A stretch of DNA of 63,364 bases, the filler included, from Pirum gemmata (taxonomy: Eukaryota): the NCBI GenBank assembly GCA_002812295.1. It is 11 parts of 11 records of this genome, joined end to end, with 100 filler letters (N's around TTAATTAATTAA, not from the genome) between each part and the next. Parts side by side here need not be neighbours in the genome. Positions count along the whole stretch, not along the records: positions 30,331 to 36,350 come from PDIN01000594.1; positions 36,451 to 41,742 come from PDIN01000595.1; positions 41,843 to 47,127 come from PDIN01000596.1; positions 47,228 to 52,512 come from PDIN01000597.1; 7 more parts are not named here. One strand, written 5' to 3'. A program made the position numbers and the translations under genes. Of this stretch, positions 36,097 to 49,548 are shown piece by piece (within the stretch, counting starts at the first letter, position 1; every line of letters starts with the position of its first letter). The notes under the pieces are model-generated. The model had not been told where the DNA came from. It saw only the letters and a list, made by a program, of their open reading frames with translations, and ran no database searches.

Positions 36097-38021
36097 TCCA
36101 GCCAAAAATACGATTATTATAATTCATTATTTTTAATTACGATTGTTAGCAAGCATTTCTACGGAACGGAAATAATTAAGAATAATAATATTAATAATAT
36201 TAATAATAATATATATATTTTTTTTGATTTTTTAATTTTTTAACTACCAAGCCGGATAAAACTGGCGACATTCGCCAATAAGCTGAAAAATCCAAAACCT
36301 AACCCTAAAACCCTAAAACCCTAACCCTAACCCTAATCCTAACCCTAACCNNNNNNNNNNNNNNNNNNNNNNNNNNNNNNNNNNNNNNNNNNNNTTAATT
36401 AATTAANNNNNNNNNNNNNNNNNNNNNNNNNNNNNNNNNNNNNNNNNNNNGTTGTTTATTGTTTATTGTTTATTGTTTATTGTTGTATTGTTAATTATTA
36501 TTTACTATTTACTATTTATTATTTATTAATTACTATTTATTTATTATTAAAATTTTGTTATTTATTATTTGTTAATTTTTATTTATTATTTATTATTTAT
36601 TATTTATTATTTATTATTTATTATGAATTGTGTGTTATTTATGGTTTATGGTTTATTATTAATTATTATTTATCATTTATTGTTTATTGTTTATTATTAA
36701 ATTTTATTGTTAATTATTTATTGTTAATTGTTAGGTGTTTATGGTTCTAACCCTAACCCTAGCTTTATTCATTGTTCATTGTTTATTATTTATAAATTAG
36801 TTGTTTGTTGTTAATTAATAATTAAGCGGTTATTTTTGATGTTTGGCGCCAGTATATATAACATAATATTATTTATCATAATATTATTACATTGACATTT
36901 TTCCACTACAAACATGTTGTTTTGCAAGAGGTGTTCTTAGTGTGTTCCCGTAACTTGCAGTCTATTGTAGCTAGCTTAGACCAGACTACTTGTTTTCATT
37001 GCCGAAAGTATATCGTAGTAAACGACTAAACGGTATCGTAAACCATTCTGTTCTTGTTATTCTTGTATTTTGCTGATTTACTTGCATTATTGTTATTATT
37101 ATTTATTTGTTATTATTATTTATTTTTATTTATCATATTTATTTATATAAATAAATGCAATTCTACTACAGTTCACTGTCCATTTCTTCAGCTGGCCCAG
37201 TTTTCGGTTTTCCTCAACTTTAGGTTGTAGTGTAGTTTGTTATTTATTATTAAATTTTGTTAATTTTTATTTATTATTTATTATTTATTATTTATTATTT
37301 ATTATTTATTATTTATTATTTATCGTTTATTATTAATTGTGTATTATTTATGGTTTATGGTTTATTATTAATTATTATTTATTATTTATTGTTTATTGTT
37401 TTTTATCAATACTAATGTAAACATGTAAACCAGCTGATATAAACTGGGTTTGATTTTTTTTAAAAAAAATGGTAGACTATCGTTATCTAATCGTTTTATA
37501 CCATAAAAGAAAGCATTTTTTTCATTTTTCCACATGACTTCCACAAGAGGTCTTCCACATGTCACATGGGAAAAATGTAGGGAAAACATAACATAATCGA
37601 ATGAGACTTGGTTCGAAATTTTCAAAGTTTTCGAATCCAATTTTCGAAACCTTACGCTTTCAAATTAATTTTCAAGTCCTTGGAAACACTTTGGAGATTA
37701 AAAAAAAAATTATAGAAAAATTCAAAACTCGAAAAAAGAATAAAATTTCGAAAAATTGTCACCATTTATTAATAAGCGATCGAGTAGTTTGATTCGATTA
37801 TACTTTCCCTCTAGTAAAAAAAAAAAAAAGAAAGTTCAGGAAAGTTCCTAGCTGTAGCTAGTTAGAGCCTTAGCAGTACTAGCTAGCTGGCTAGAGAGTG
37901 AGGAGAAAGTTCTAGATTATTTTATGGGAGGATGGCAGAGGCGCAGAGATGGCAGCAGATCGCAAGTTTCGCAACCCACTTTCTAATTTTTCTGTTTTAT
38001 TATTATTATTATTATTATTTG

Positions 38022-38236
38022 AGGCAATATCTAAAATTAACTAGTAACTCGATGTTTATGCATCATGTGACTTTCCGAATTATAAAAAAATTAAACCAAT
38101 TAAATTAAAAAGCTAATCTAGAGCTTAAAACAAGCAAACTTTATTATTGAATTTTCTTCATAACATCATTATTACCCATTCTATAAACATTTATATTTTG
38201 TTGCCAGAACGTCACTTTAAAAAAGCTCACAAAAGC
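38022..38236 (+). repeat. Dispersed repeat of about 215 bp, second copy at about 56346-56560
   Basis: Near-identical 'ggcaatatctaaaattaactagtaactcgatgtt...aaagctcacaaaagc' on two scaffolds. Confidence 0.85.
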
Positions 38237-39379
38237 TATTATAGATATACCAGTACTGTTATAGTTGTACCGGTAGACCCAATTAATTATATAGTTGTAA
38301 TTTGTTGTTTTGTTTTATATTAATAATAATACTTTGGTATAAGTTAATAATTTGATTGTCGTTTAGTTTTAACTTGTTGTACTTTTCATAATATAATAAT
38401 ATCATAATATAATATAATTATCGTCTATGTACATGATATGTATTGCTCTTTTGTTGTAGAATTATTAGTTTTTAACTTTTGTATCTATCATATTTTTATA
38501 GTGTTATGGATGTAGCCCGGTAGCCGTTGTTATGGATGTTTGAATGTTTTGCAAGTTTGCCTGCCTGCCTTGGGGGAGGGGTAGACTAGCTAGGGGGTAG
38601 GGGTAGAATTAGGTTAGGGTTAAACCAACTTGGTTAAAATAAACTTATCATGGGTTTCTGGACTGTTTCTGGGGTTCTTTTTTAAAAAACTGGTTCTTAT
38701 CTGTGCTAAAAAATGATTTTTAGACCCCCCCCCCTTGCCCGGTCTAGTTTGTGAATAGCTAGCTCTACTAGCTAGCTAGCAGTAGCTGTAGAAAAAAAAA
38801 AAAAATTGCTAATTTTAGCATAAGTGGTAGTTTTCATGATTTTCTTTTATTTTAGTAGTGCGGCTACTAGTGCCTATATTACAAGAATGGCCCTCTGAAA
38901 ATTTTGCGATTTTGAAGAAGTTCTGACATCAGGACCACTATATATCCCTTCAGCCAATCACCTTTTCAACTCTTATTTTATGGATTTTAGGGATTTTGTG
39001 CGGCATTATGCGCAAAAAAAGAAAAAAACTATTTACACAAATCAAACGCAATAGAGAAAAAAGTGAAAAAAAGGTAAAAAAAAAAAAAGGCACATTTTTA
39101 TCACATTTTTATTTGGCATTTTTTTTTTTAAATTGAATCAATGATTAGTGCTTTTAACTCCCCTTCCCCCCCTCCTCGTAGTGGCCCCCACTAGCTAGAG
39201 GTGGCGGGTCACCAAGAGGCAACTTGCGACAAGATGGTGACCACAAACATCTTCTTTTAGGAAACTTTAATTGGTATAAACACTGTATAAACCTATTAGA
39301 GGTCGCCTAGCTATTTTTTTTTTTTAATTCAAAGTTTGTGTCCTCCTCTCAGAGCCCTCTGTAGACTATAATTATGATA

Positions 39380-39563
39380 TCGTGCTTTTCATTTATTTTG
39401 TCACTCTGAATATTTATTTGGAGGGTTATAATATTGAAATTGATACTTTTAAATAAATGCATAGATAATAAAATATACCAAATTAAATTAAATGGATTTA
39501 TATTGTATTAATTTGGTGTTATTTATTGTATATTTTGTGATGACAAAACAACTGAAAAGCACA
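39380..39563 (-). mobile_element. MITE family C copy
   Basis: TA-TCGTGCTTTTCATTTATTTTGTCA...TGACAAAACAACTGAAAAGCAC. Confidence 0.88.
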
Positions 39564-40118
39564 GCAGCGAAAAGCTATCTAGTGACTAGACTACTAGTAT
39601 GTCGTATTGATATAATCCCCTAGATATAATCCCCAACCACATTGACCAACATTAGCAATTAGCAATAAATAACTTTTTATTCAGGAGACTTAGTATGGCA
39701 GATTTTCGAATGCTCCAGACTTTGAACAACAACTGTAACAACTAAAATACATAATATGATAAAATAATAAGTATAATGCGTGAATTACAAGAATATCCTT
39801 GTGAGTGTTTATTTTACAATTATATGATACTTTTCAACACAATAGTAAGTATAATGTGTGAATTACAAGAATATCCTTGTGAGTGTGTGTATATTTATTT
39901 TTCAACACATAATTGATCTGGCCCCCAAAAAAATTATGGTGTTCGAAAGTTTTCAGCTCATCAAAAAAAAAAAAAAAAAAAAAAAAGGGTGAATTTTAAT
40001 CGGTAAAAAAAACTTGGACGTTTTTAGAGTTTGTATTTTAACCAAGACCGTCTATTAGCTAGTCTAGAGTTAGTCTGGAGTCTGGAGTCTGGACTGTCTC
40101 TCTAGCTAGCTTGCCAGT

Positions 40119-40340
40119 CCTAACCCTAACCCTCCACCCTAACCCTAACCCTCCTTACCCTAACCCTAACCCTAACTCTTCACCCTAACCCCTAACCCTA
40201 ACCCTAACCCCCCACCCTAACCCTAACCCTAACCCTAACTCTTCACCCTAACCCTCCACCCTAACCCTCCACCTTAACCCTCCACCCTAACCCTCACTCT
40301 AAATCCTAATCTTGATCCTAACCCTAACCCTAACCCTAAT
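40119..40340 (-). repeat. Interstitial (CCCTAA)n array with CCCTCCA variants
   Basis: Directly visible. Confidence 0.92.
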
Positions 40341-40565
40341 AAACTGGCCCTTATAACTCTTAACTAGCTTTAAAAGTGAGTCTGTTACCGTCTGTAGCGT
40401 ACAATAATTTTTTTTTTTTAATAAAAAAAGTAATAATTAGCAGTTAATTAGCTCGACATCTATCATACTTCTATCATCATCTTTATTTTATTCTCACTAG
40501 TTTATTCTCAGTTATTTTAGTCTATTTTATTATTTTATTTTTTTGCGCTGCAAATTGCGTACTAT

Positions 40566-40599
<34 letters not shown>

Positions 40600-41177
40600 T
40601 TTTTTTTAGAGTAAAATAAAGTCCAAAATAGCCAATAAAAAAAGCGAACTTAAAAAAGACCCCTAATACTAAAAATATCTATCGATACACTTTGACGCTA
40701 GCTAGTAGGGGGAGTGCAGGGGGTTTCTTTGACGCACAAGTGAGCAACGATAAAAGCTAAATTAGGCTAAATTGGCATATTTGTCGTCAAAGTATATTAG
40801 AATGAACGCCAAATAAGCTAAATATATGATATCACTTTTATTACGTTTCGTTTTCACTTGTCCCCTCTTATAATTTAAAAAAAAAAAAATTTGTTATTTA
40901 TTATTATTTTTTTTTAGCTATTCAGGGAAAAAATTGACTGCAGAAATCATTTTTTTTAGACTTGTTTTCTAAAAAAACTTTTGTACTAACTAGCCAAATT
41001 ATTTTTAAAAACTGGTCATTGGTTTATAATAGAGTTTTATTAGTTATATGTTTCTAAAATTTTGGTAGTACTGATATTAAAACTGGATCATTTTGAGATT
41101 TTTTGGATTTTTGAGCTCACATAATGGATGTCGCGACTCGCGCGGTAGTTAAAATTTCTATATCGATATTACATTTA

Positions 41178-41354
41178 TAGTGCTTTTCATTTATTTTGAA
41201 TATTTATTTGGAGGGTTATAATATTTAAATTGATATTTTTAAATCAATATGAAGATAATAAAATATACCAAATTAAATTAAATGGAGTTATATCATATTA
41301 ATTTGGTACTATCTATTGTATATTTTATGATGACAAAATAACTGAAAAGCACTA
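41178..41354 (-). mobile_element. MITE family C copy
   Basis: TA-TAGTGCTTTTCA...TGAAAAGCACTA-TA. Confidence 0.88.
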
Positions 41355-42000
41355 TAACTAGCTAGCACTATATTTTAAAAATTATTTATATATAAACATT
41401 TTTACTTTCGAATTCCTTCTACTGGGTAGACTAACTAAGTAGACTATTGATAAGTGTAGACTACTAAAAAAGCCTTGGTGGACCGTGGACGTCGACAAAG
41501 GTGACATTTATTTTTATCACAATTATTAATATTATTTGATTGTCACCTCTCCGGCTAATTTCTTATAGTTGCATCATGGATTGCACCACGGTACTAAACT
41601 AAACCACAGTAGTAGCCTAGCTAGCAGTAGTAGCAGTGTAGCAGTCTCTTTTTTTTATTTTATTTTTTTATGTAGAGCATCATACTAGCTAGCTAGTAGT
41701 AGACAGACCTATATCATATTTTTTTTTCTTTTCTTTTTTTTTNNNNNNNNNNNNNNNNNNNNNNNNNNNNNNNNNNNNNNNNNNNNTTAATTAATTAANN
41801 NNNNNNNNNNNNNNNNNNNNNNNNNNNNNNNNNNNNNNNNNNTTTTAAAAGTATCAATTTAAATATTATAAACAACCAAATAAAATTTCAGAGTGACAAC
41901 ACTATAATCATATAATCACAAGTAAAAAGTGGTTTGATAATAATATTATAAAAAGCAAAAAAACAATAACAAAACAAATTTTATTAGGCTATGATAATAA

Positions 42001-42234
42001 AGTAGGGGTGAGATATCTACTGGAACTTTTTTCGAACAGATGCTTATCGAGCCAACCTTAGTTCCGTGTTTCTTCCTAATAAAAGCAGTGAAATAACTCA
42101 AAATAGTAAATATAATTATAGTAGATACCAATTAAAGTAATAATATTAACATTAATAGTAATAAGAACCATAAAAATTTGAAATGTTCCGGCAGCTGTTC
42201 GGTAATAATAAAATGACGTCATCTCACCCTTACT
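42001..42234 (+). mobile_element. MITE family A, full length (234 bp)
   Basis: AGTAGGGGTGAGAT...ATCTCACCCTTACT; TSD GATAATAA/GCTAATAA (7 of 8). Confidence 0.9.
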
Positions 42235-43071
42235 GCTAATAATAATAAAAAAAAAGAAAACTAAAAAAAAAAACTAAAAATCACGAAAAATATCTACAAT
42301 TTAGCTTGAGAGCTCAACTCTTAGTTACTACAACATGTGTCAAAGGCTCGAATCAAAGTACATTATGCAGGACTACTGACGAGCTATGTATATATTCTAA
42401 AAAAAAAAAGAAAATCAAGTCGGGTTAGCCATTAATTGGGGTCTAGAAACGGGTGAAGAGCAGTTATTTTGGGGTTTTTTAATGGTTTAGACCCTGGTAT
42501 GATGAAAAGGTAAAAGCTCGATACTTTTTATGGAGTGGTGAGACAGGGATTTACTTTGATGTTTCTAGCTGCGTCGGGGTGTAATCTTTTTGGATCTGCG
42601 AAGATTTTCGTAAAAATTTCGTTATTTTCTGATTTTCCCAAGTTTGGGAATACTACGTAACGCCAATTTCCAGTCAAATACAGGTTAAAATACCCCCTAC
42701 CTACCTACCCCTCAACGTTAATTTCCAGTCAAACACCACCCACCTACCTACCCCTTGACGTGACGCATTATTTGAGATTTTCAAAAAGATTAATTAAAAA
42801 AAAAAAAATTCCCAAAAGGGGTGTTCAAATAATACGTCACGTCAAGGGGTAGGTTGGTACTAGTCAAGGGGAAGGTAGGTTGGGGTATTTGAAGCTGTAT
42901 TTGACCAGAAATTGGCGTTACGTAGTATTCGAACGCAAAAAAAAAACGAATCATATAAATATTATATAAGCTCGAAGTTAAAAAAAAAAAGTTTGTACAT
43001 CAGATCGAAAAAAACGAATCATATCTATATCATATAAGCTCGAAGTTAAATATTTGAAAAAAAAATATATA

Positions 43072-43259
43072 TCGTGCTTTTCATTTATTTTGTCACTCGG
43101 AATATTTATTTGGAGGGTTATAATCTTTAAATTGACATTTTTAAATCAATAAATAGATAATAAAATATACCTAATTAAATTAAATGGCTTTATATTTTAT
43201 TGATTTGGTACTATTTATTGTACACTTTATTATGATGACAAAACAACTAAAAAGTACTA
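43072..43259 (-). mobile_element. MITE family C copy
   Basis: TA-TCGTGCTTTTCA...TAAAAAGTACTA-TA. Confidence 0.85.
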
Positions 43260-43510
43260 TAGTGTTTATATTTGATATTATCTGCATAATGCATATTATA
43301 AAAATACATAGAACTTTCACTATAATACTACTATAATCTTGTTTTTCTCATTATTTGTAAGTAAATGTGATATTAATAATATTATTACTATTATTCTACT
43401 AATGTTGTTTGTATTTATAAATATGAATATTAATAATTGATTTAAAAAAAAAAACAAAGAGGGGTCCTGACTCCTGACTCCTGAGTAAAGTTCTATAAGT
43501 TCTGAGAGTA

Positions 43511-43696
43511 TCGTCTATTTCATTACAGTTATCCTTTCTATCTTTAATTTGGTACCGTTCAATTGTATAATTGAACTTTTTTATAAATATAAAATTACTA
43601 TACAAAATATCAAATTAATTAAAACATGACCAATTAATTATAATTTGGTAAGCTTATTTCAGTTTTTGAACTGGACAACACTATTGAAAAACACGA
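43511..43696 (+). mobile_element. MITE family E (186 bp, TA-flanked, ends resembling family C)
   Basis: TA-TCGTCTATTTCATTACAGTTATCC...GGACAACACTATTGAAAAACACGA-TA. Relatives near 14900-15064, 25030-25245, 60721-60897. Confidence 0.78.
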
Positions 43697-44547
43697 TATC
43701 ATAATTATGCATACATAATAAAGAGCATTCAACTAATACGTCACGTCAAGGGGTAGGTAGGTAGGCGGTATTTAACCGGAAATTAACGTCAATTTGAAGC
43801 TGTATTTGACCAGAAATTGGCGTTGCGTAGTTATCGTTACGTAGTATCTGAGCGCTTCATATATAAGCTATAGCTATGATACTAGCTAGCTCTAGACTAG
43901 CTAGACTATCTAGTAGTAGGCCCTAAACCTACCCTACCACTACCTACCACTACTAAGTATCTATAAAAAAAATTGCTAGCCATTGGTAAATCGTGATACA
44001 AGGGATAGACTATATAGAGTGTTATCTGAGAGTGTTATCAGAGTGTTATCAGACTCAAGAGTTGTGAAAGTTACTATCATTGGATACAGTATACTACTAG
44101 TATCAAAGCTAGCTAGTAGTAACCAGAAAGGCCAGAAACTTCAAAGTTTTTATTAATAGGGTTAGACTCTGAGGTAGTAGGGTTAGGGTTAGGGCCCAGG
44201 GGTTAGTTAGGGTTAGACTCTGAAGTAGGGTTAGGGTTAGGGTTATTAGACTCTGAGGTAGTTAGGGACTTAGGGTTAGGGTTAGATAGTGGTTAGATAG
44301 ACAGTCATAGACTCCGAGGAAGGAAGGGTATGCAATAAATAGCATAGTGATTGGTGAAGATACTGAATAAATTTGAGTTTTTGAGCCAATACCTATTCTC
44401 TTATTATTGTAATCTTTCATGTTTTTGGTTTTATCGATATAAATTTTTTTGGGGGGGAAAATTTATTTAGAAGCCGGCTTGATTCCCGCTTGAAAATAAT
44501 ACTTTTTATTTCGAGAATGTAAAAATGTGCCAAAGAGGTGTTGAGTA

Positions 44548-44686
44548 GCGATCAAATAATACGTCACGTCAAGGGGTAGGTAGGTGGGTGGTGTTTGACT
44601 GGAAATAAACGTCGAGGGGTAGGTAGGTAGGCGGTTATTTGAAGCTGCATTTGACTGGAAATTGGCGTTATGTAGTATTTAAACGC
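44548..44686 (-). mobile_element. Harbinger-type MITE family B copy
   Basis: TCAAATAATACGTCACGTCAAGGGGTAGGTAGG...GGCGTTATGTAGTATTTAAACGC. Confidence 0.85.
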
Positions 44687-45159
44687 GCAGTTACGCCGCG
44701 CTCCCTCACAGGTAAGTAATATTTTTTTAGTATTTTTTTTCGATTTTTTTTTGTCAGTTTTACTTTTACTTCAACTTTTTTTCATAAAATAACCAAATTT
44801 GGGTTTTATATTGCCTAAAAAATACTAAAAAAACAATAGTTTTTATTAGTCAAATTTTATTCGTCAAAAATTATTACATGTTTTATTTAGATGTTTTTAT
44901 TAGTTAATTATTTTAAAACTAAAATTAATTTTTTTACTATTACATGTTGATCATTAAGGCCAATTTCCAGTCAAATACAGCTTCAAATACCCCTACCTAC
45001 CTACCCCTCGACGTTAATTTCCGGTCAAATACCAACTACCTACCTACCCCTTGACGTTACGTATTATTTGAACTCTCCCTATAATCAATGCAAAAACAAA
45101 TAAACAAAAATATTTTTCCCAAACGTGGGCAAACCAATAAGTAACCTTATTAGATGATA

Positions 45160-45395
45160 GTGAGATATCTATATCTACTGGAACTTTTTTCGAACAGATG
45201 CTTATCGAGCCAAGCTTAGTTCCGTGTTCTTTACTATTAAATAATAGCAGTTAAATAGCTTAAAATAGTAAATATAATTATAGTAGATACTAATTAAAGT
45301 GATAATATTAACATTAATAGTAATAAAAACCATAAAAATTGGAAAAGTTCCAGCAGCTGTTGGGTAATAATAAAATGACGTCATCTCACCCCTAC
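45160..45395 (+). mobile_element. MITE family A copy, left end eroded
   Basis: Family A core; right end ATCTCACCCCTAC. Confidence 0.85.
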
Positions 45396-46155
45396 AGATA
45401 TCCATATAAAAAATAGATAACTAGTAGGGTGCTTGCTTTTCATTTATTTTGTCACTCTGAAATAATACGTCACGTCAAGGGGTAGGTAGGTAGGTGGTAT
45501 TTGACTGGAAATTAACGTCAAGGGGTGGGTAGGTGTGGTATTTGAAGCTGTATTTGACTGGAAATTGTCGTTAGAGCTAGCTAGCTAGACTAGCTAGCTA
45601 GCTATTAGAGAGAGAAAGTAGTGAGAAAGTTCTGAGAAACAACCAATCGAACCTTCTACACATTTTTATCTGTGATTCAATACGTCACGTCAAGGGGTAG
45701 GTAAGTAGGGGCTATTTGACCAGACATTAACGTCGAGGGGTAGGTAGGTAGGGGTGTTTGAAGCTGTATTTGACAGGAAATTGGCGTTATGTTGTATGAT
45801 AATACTTTGGACATTCCCTTACTCGATAACGATCTCCTTATTAAAGTTTACTTAACCCCTAACCCCTAACCCTAATTAACCGTTATATCTGAGGTTATAT
45901 CTCCTTAACCTTACCCCTAGCTCTAACCCTATAGCTACTCTAACCCCAACCCTAACTAACTTAACCCTAACCCTAACCCCAACCCTAACCATATTTAAAC
46001 CCTATAGCTAACACTGCAGCTAGACAATAAATTTTAAAATTAAAAATGATATTAATTAAAATAATATGATAGTATAATAATCTACAGTTATTATTATATA
46101 GTCTACCTTTAGTACTGTATTTTTATTATTTTTATTTTATAAAATTAAAAAATAT

Positions 46156-46234
<79 letters not shown>

Positions 46235-46347
46235 ATTAACTAACAAATATCAATTACAATTTATTATCATAAAGATAATTGCTGATTATAATCATAATAG
46301 TTATACCCCCATTGCCAGTGCTGTACATACTAGTACTATTAACCAAC

Positions 46348-46570
46348 AGTAGGGGTGAGATATCTACTGAAACTTTTTTCGAACAGATGCTTATCGAGCC
46401 AACCATGTTTCTTACTAATAATAGCAGCTAAATAGCTTAAAATATTAAATCTAATTATAGTAGGTACCAATTAAAGTAATAATATTAACATTAATAGTAA
46501 TAAAACCATAAAATCGAAAAGTTCCGGCAGCTGTTCGGTAATAATAAAATGACGTCATCTCACCCCTACT
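46348..46570 (+). mobile_element. MITE family A copy
   Basis: Perfect 14-bp TIR AGTAGGGGTGAGAT; TSD not clearly preserved. Confidence 0.88.
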
Positions 46571-46879
46571 ACCCAAACTACCTATATACATAGAACATAA
46601 GTTATATAGTCTAGTGCTTTTCATTTGTTTTGTCATCATAAGGTATACAATAAATAGTACCAAATTAATACAATATAAATCCATTTCATTTAATTTGGTA
46701 TATTTTATTATTTATTTATTTATTTAAAAGTATCAATTTAAATATTATAAACCACCAAATAAATATTCGGAGTGAAAAAAATTATTAGTTCACAGTTTGT
46801 ATCTCTAACCAAAAATAACAATCTTTTTCAAATCTTAGTCTCAGATATCTCAGATGCACTTATCATAATATCATACATA

Positions 46880-47006
46880 GGGAGCGTTAATTTCCGGTCA
46901 AGTATAGCTTCAAATACCCCTACCTACCTACCCCTTGTCGTTAATTTCCGGTCAAATACCGCCTACCTACCTACCCCTTGACGTGACGTATTATTTGAAC
47001 GCTCCC
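46880..47006 (+). mobile_element. Harbinger-type MITE family B copy
   Basis: GGGAGCGTT...AACGCTCCC with 3-bp TSD ATA. Confidence 0.88.
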
Positions 47007-47227
47007 ATATCATAAAAAAAAAAATTTCATTTATTTTGTCATTTCAAATATTTATTTGGTTGTTTATGATACTTAAATTGACCTTTTTTAAATGAATAAA
47101 TAGATAATAAAATATACCAAATTAAATNNNNNNNNNNNNNNNNNNNNNNNNNNNNNNNNNNNNNNNNNNNNTTAATTAATTAANNNNNNNNNNNNNNNNN
47201 NNNNNNNNNNNNNNNNNNNNNNNNNNN

Positions 47228-47261
<34 letters not shown>

Positions 47262-47519
47262 CTAATAATAATAATAATAATAAAAATAATAATAATAATA
47301 CTAATAATACTAATAATAATAATAATAATATCAATAATAATAATTATTATTACAATAATAATTTCATAACAATTGGTAAATGTAATATTTTTCTGTGTTG
47401 TTTTCTATCTAATATTTTTTTTTTTTCAAAAAAAGGAGATCTCTATTTCATTGTTGTTTGTTTTATTTATACCAAAAGCATAGACCTATCACAAACTTTG
47501 GCTGGAGACGGTTTAGTTA

Positions 47520-47654
47520 GGGAGCGTTCAAATACTACGTAACGCCAAATACCCTACTAGAAATACCCTACCTACCTACCCCTCGACGTTGATTTCTGGT
47601 CAAATACTACCTACCTACCTGCCCCTTAACGTGACGTATTATTTGAACGCTCCC
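47520..47654 (+). mobile_element. Harbinger-type MITE family B copy (135 bp)
   Basis: TIR GGGAGCGTTCAAATA; TSD TTA; internal duplicated CCTACCTACC boxes. Confidence 0.92.
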
Positions 47655-48073
47655 TTAGTTAGAGCCTAGTTAGTCTATAGACTAGTAGCTTGGTTAGAGG
47701 CTTTGCCCTGAAACAAGTTGGGAACTTGGGGTAGCCGAAACCGTGTAAACAGTACCAAAATGGTACAAACTGTATAATTTTTTTTAGTAATGCACATTTT
47801 AAGCTACTTAAAAAATTCAAAAAAAAATACCAAATAGTCTAAGACTCTAAGAACAAAAAATATAAAAAAAGAGCTCAATGAATAAATAGACCTACAGGGT
47901 AAAGAATAGCAGTGGAATCCTAAATAAAAAATTTATAAAATGCGCACCCACTTAGATTGCTTGATGTGAAATTTATATTTCTATATTTAGACCACTCTAT
48001 TTTATATGATATGATATTTTTTTATAATATATAGTCTATATAAAAAAAAAAATTCAAAAAAAAAAAAAAAAAA

Positions 48074-48135
<62 letters not shown>

Positions 48136-49529
48136 ATTTTAGTAATATATTTTTTTTTAAAAAAAAAATAATATGATGTAAAACCAAAGACACCAGCCAA
48201 AGACCATATATCATAATATATTATAAATATGACAGTACATATATAATATTAATTAATAATATATTCAGATTTATTATTATTATTATTATTATTAGTATAT
48301 CATTAATAATAATAATAATAATTAATTAAATTTAAACTAAATTTACGTTAATAAAGTAATAAAAAATCAACCACCGCGTAATCCTCTTCATATATATATA
48401 CGTTTACAAATATTCAGGCTTTGCATTCAGGGTATTATCAAAACATAGTAACATAGAAAATTATTTATAATAGACATTATAAATTATATAATCTGATACA
48501 TATATACTATATATTGATATTCTACCAATATCATAGTCTAAGACTTCATAAAAGCTAAAAATATCATAGATTCATGTACAGTGATATACTATTAATATAC
48601 TTTTTAAAAAATAATATACTATTCATATATATTCATAGTATTTTCATAGTCTCATAAAAGGAATGTCTGGGGGACAAATATTTTAACTACATAATATTTT
48701 ACACTAGACTAGTAGCTAGCTAGCTAGTACTAGACTCCTCCTGTGTGGGAGACCGTCTACTAACTATTTTCCTACAGTGCAAGAGTAACTGCAAGAGTAC
48801 ACGCCCATGATGACGTCATAATGTTCAAATATGCGATTCTGGCTCAGTTGGAAAAAATTCTATTAATTATATAGGTTTGAACAATTATATATATTTTCGA
48901 ACATGTATATTTCAGTTGGGTCGAGTGATCGAAAATATTAGAAAACTTTCGAACATATGTAAATATAGCTAAATACTTATTTCAAGCTTTTCGAGCTGTT
49001 CAAAATTGAGGATGGATTTAGCTATGATAGATGATTATCATTATGATAGTAGTATCAGATATCATACAAAGACCCCAGGAAAAAATTGGCCACATGTAAC
49101 TCCCCTCTAGCTAGCTAGTTAGCTAGTACCATATTCCTGGCTGGGGTCTTTGTTTACTTACCGTTTACAAGTATTCTCGAGCTCGTTTACCAAACAAAGC
49201 CTTCTAAAGCATTTTCTAGAAAGCATTTTAGTCAAAGCATCTGATAATGACGTCATCAGAAACGTATAGATAATAGTCTGATATCATAATGATAATATAG
49301 ACTTTATATTATATAGTACCTCTATAGCTGAGCTAGTCTATATATGGACGGTATATAGACCTAGGTATCTGACCTCTAGCTAGCTAGCTAGCTAGGTTTA
49401 TAGACTGTGTTTATAGACAGTATAGAGAACTAAGAGAAGCGGTCATTAGATTACTGGTAGTCGCTGTACCAGTAGGGAAAAATTTCACCTAATTCTTTGA
49501 GTCTCGAACAGTGCCAAAGTGTGTTGAAC

Positions 49530-49548
49530 CAAGGACTTGAAGTCCTTG
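49530..49548. mobile_element. 19-bp CA...TG hairpin with 7-bp TSD (P-like footprint or micro-element)
   Basis: GTTGAAC-CAAGGACTT-G-AAGTCCTTG-GTTGAAC. Confidence 0.65.

Noticed and set aside
39694..39738. Possible tiny last exon YGRFSNAPDFEQQL* followed by a 3' duplication
   Set aside because: Too short to support, and no upstream exon was found on the scaffold.
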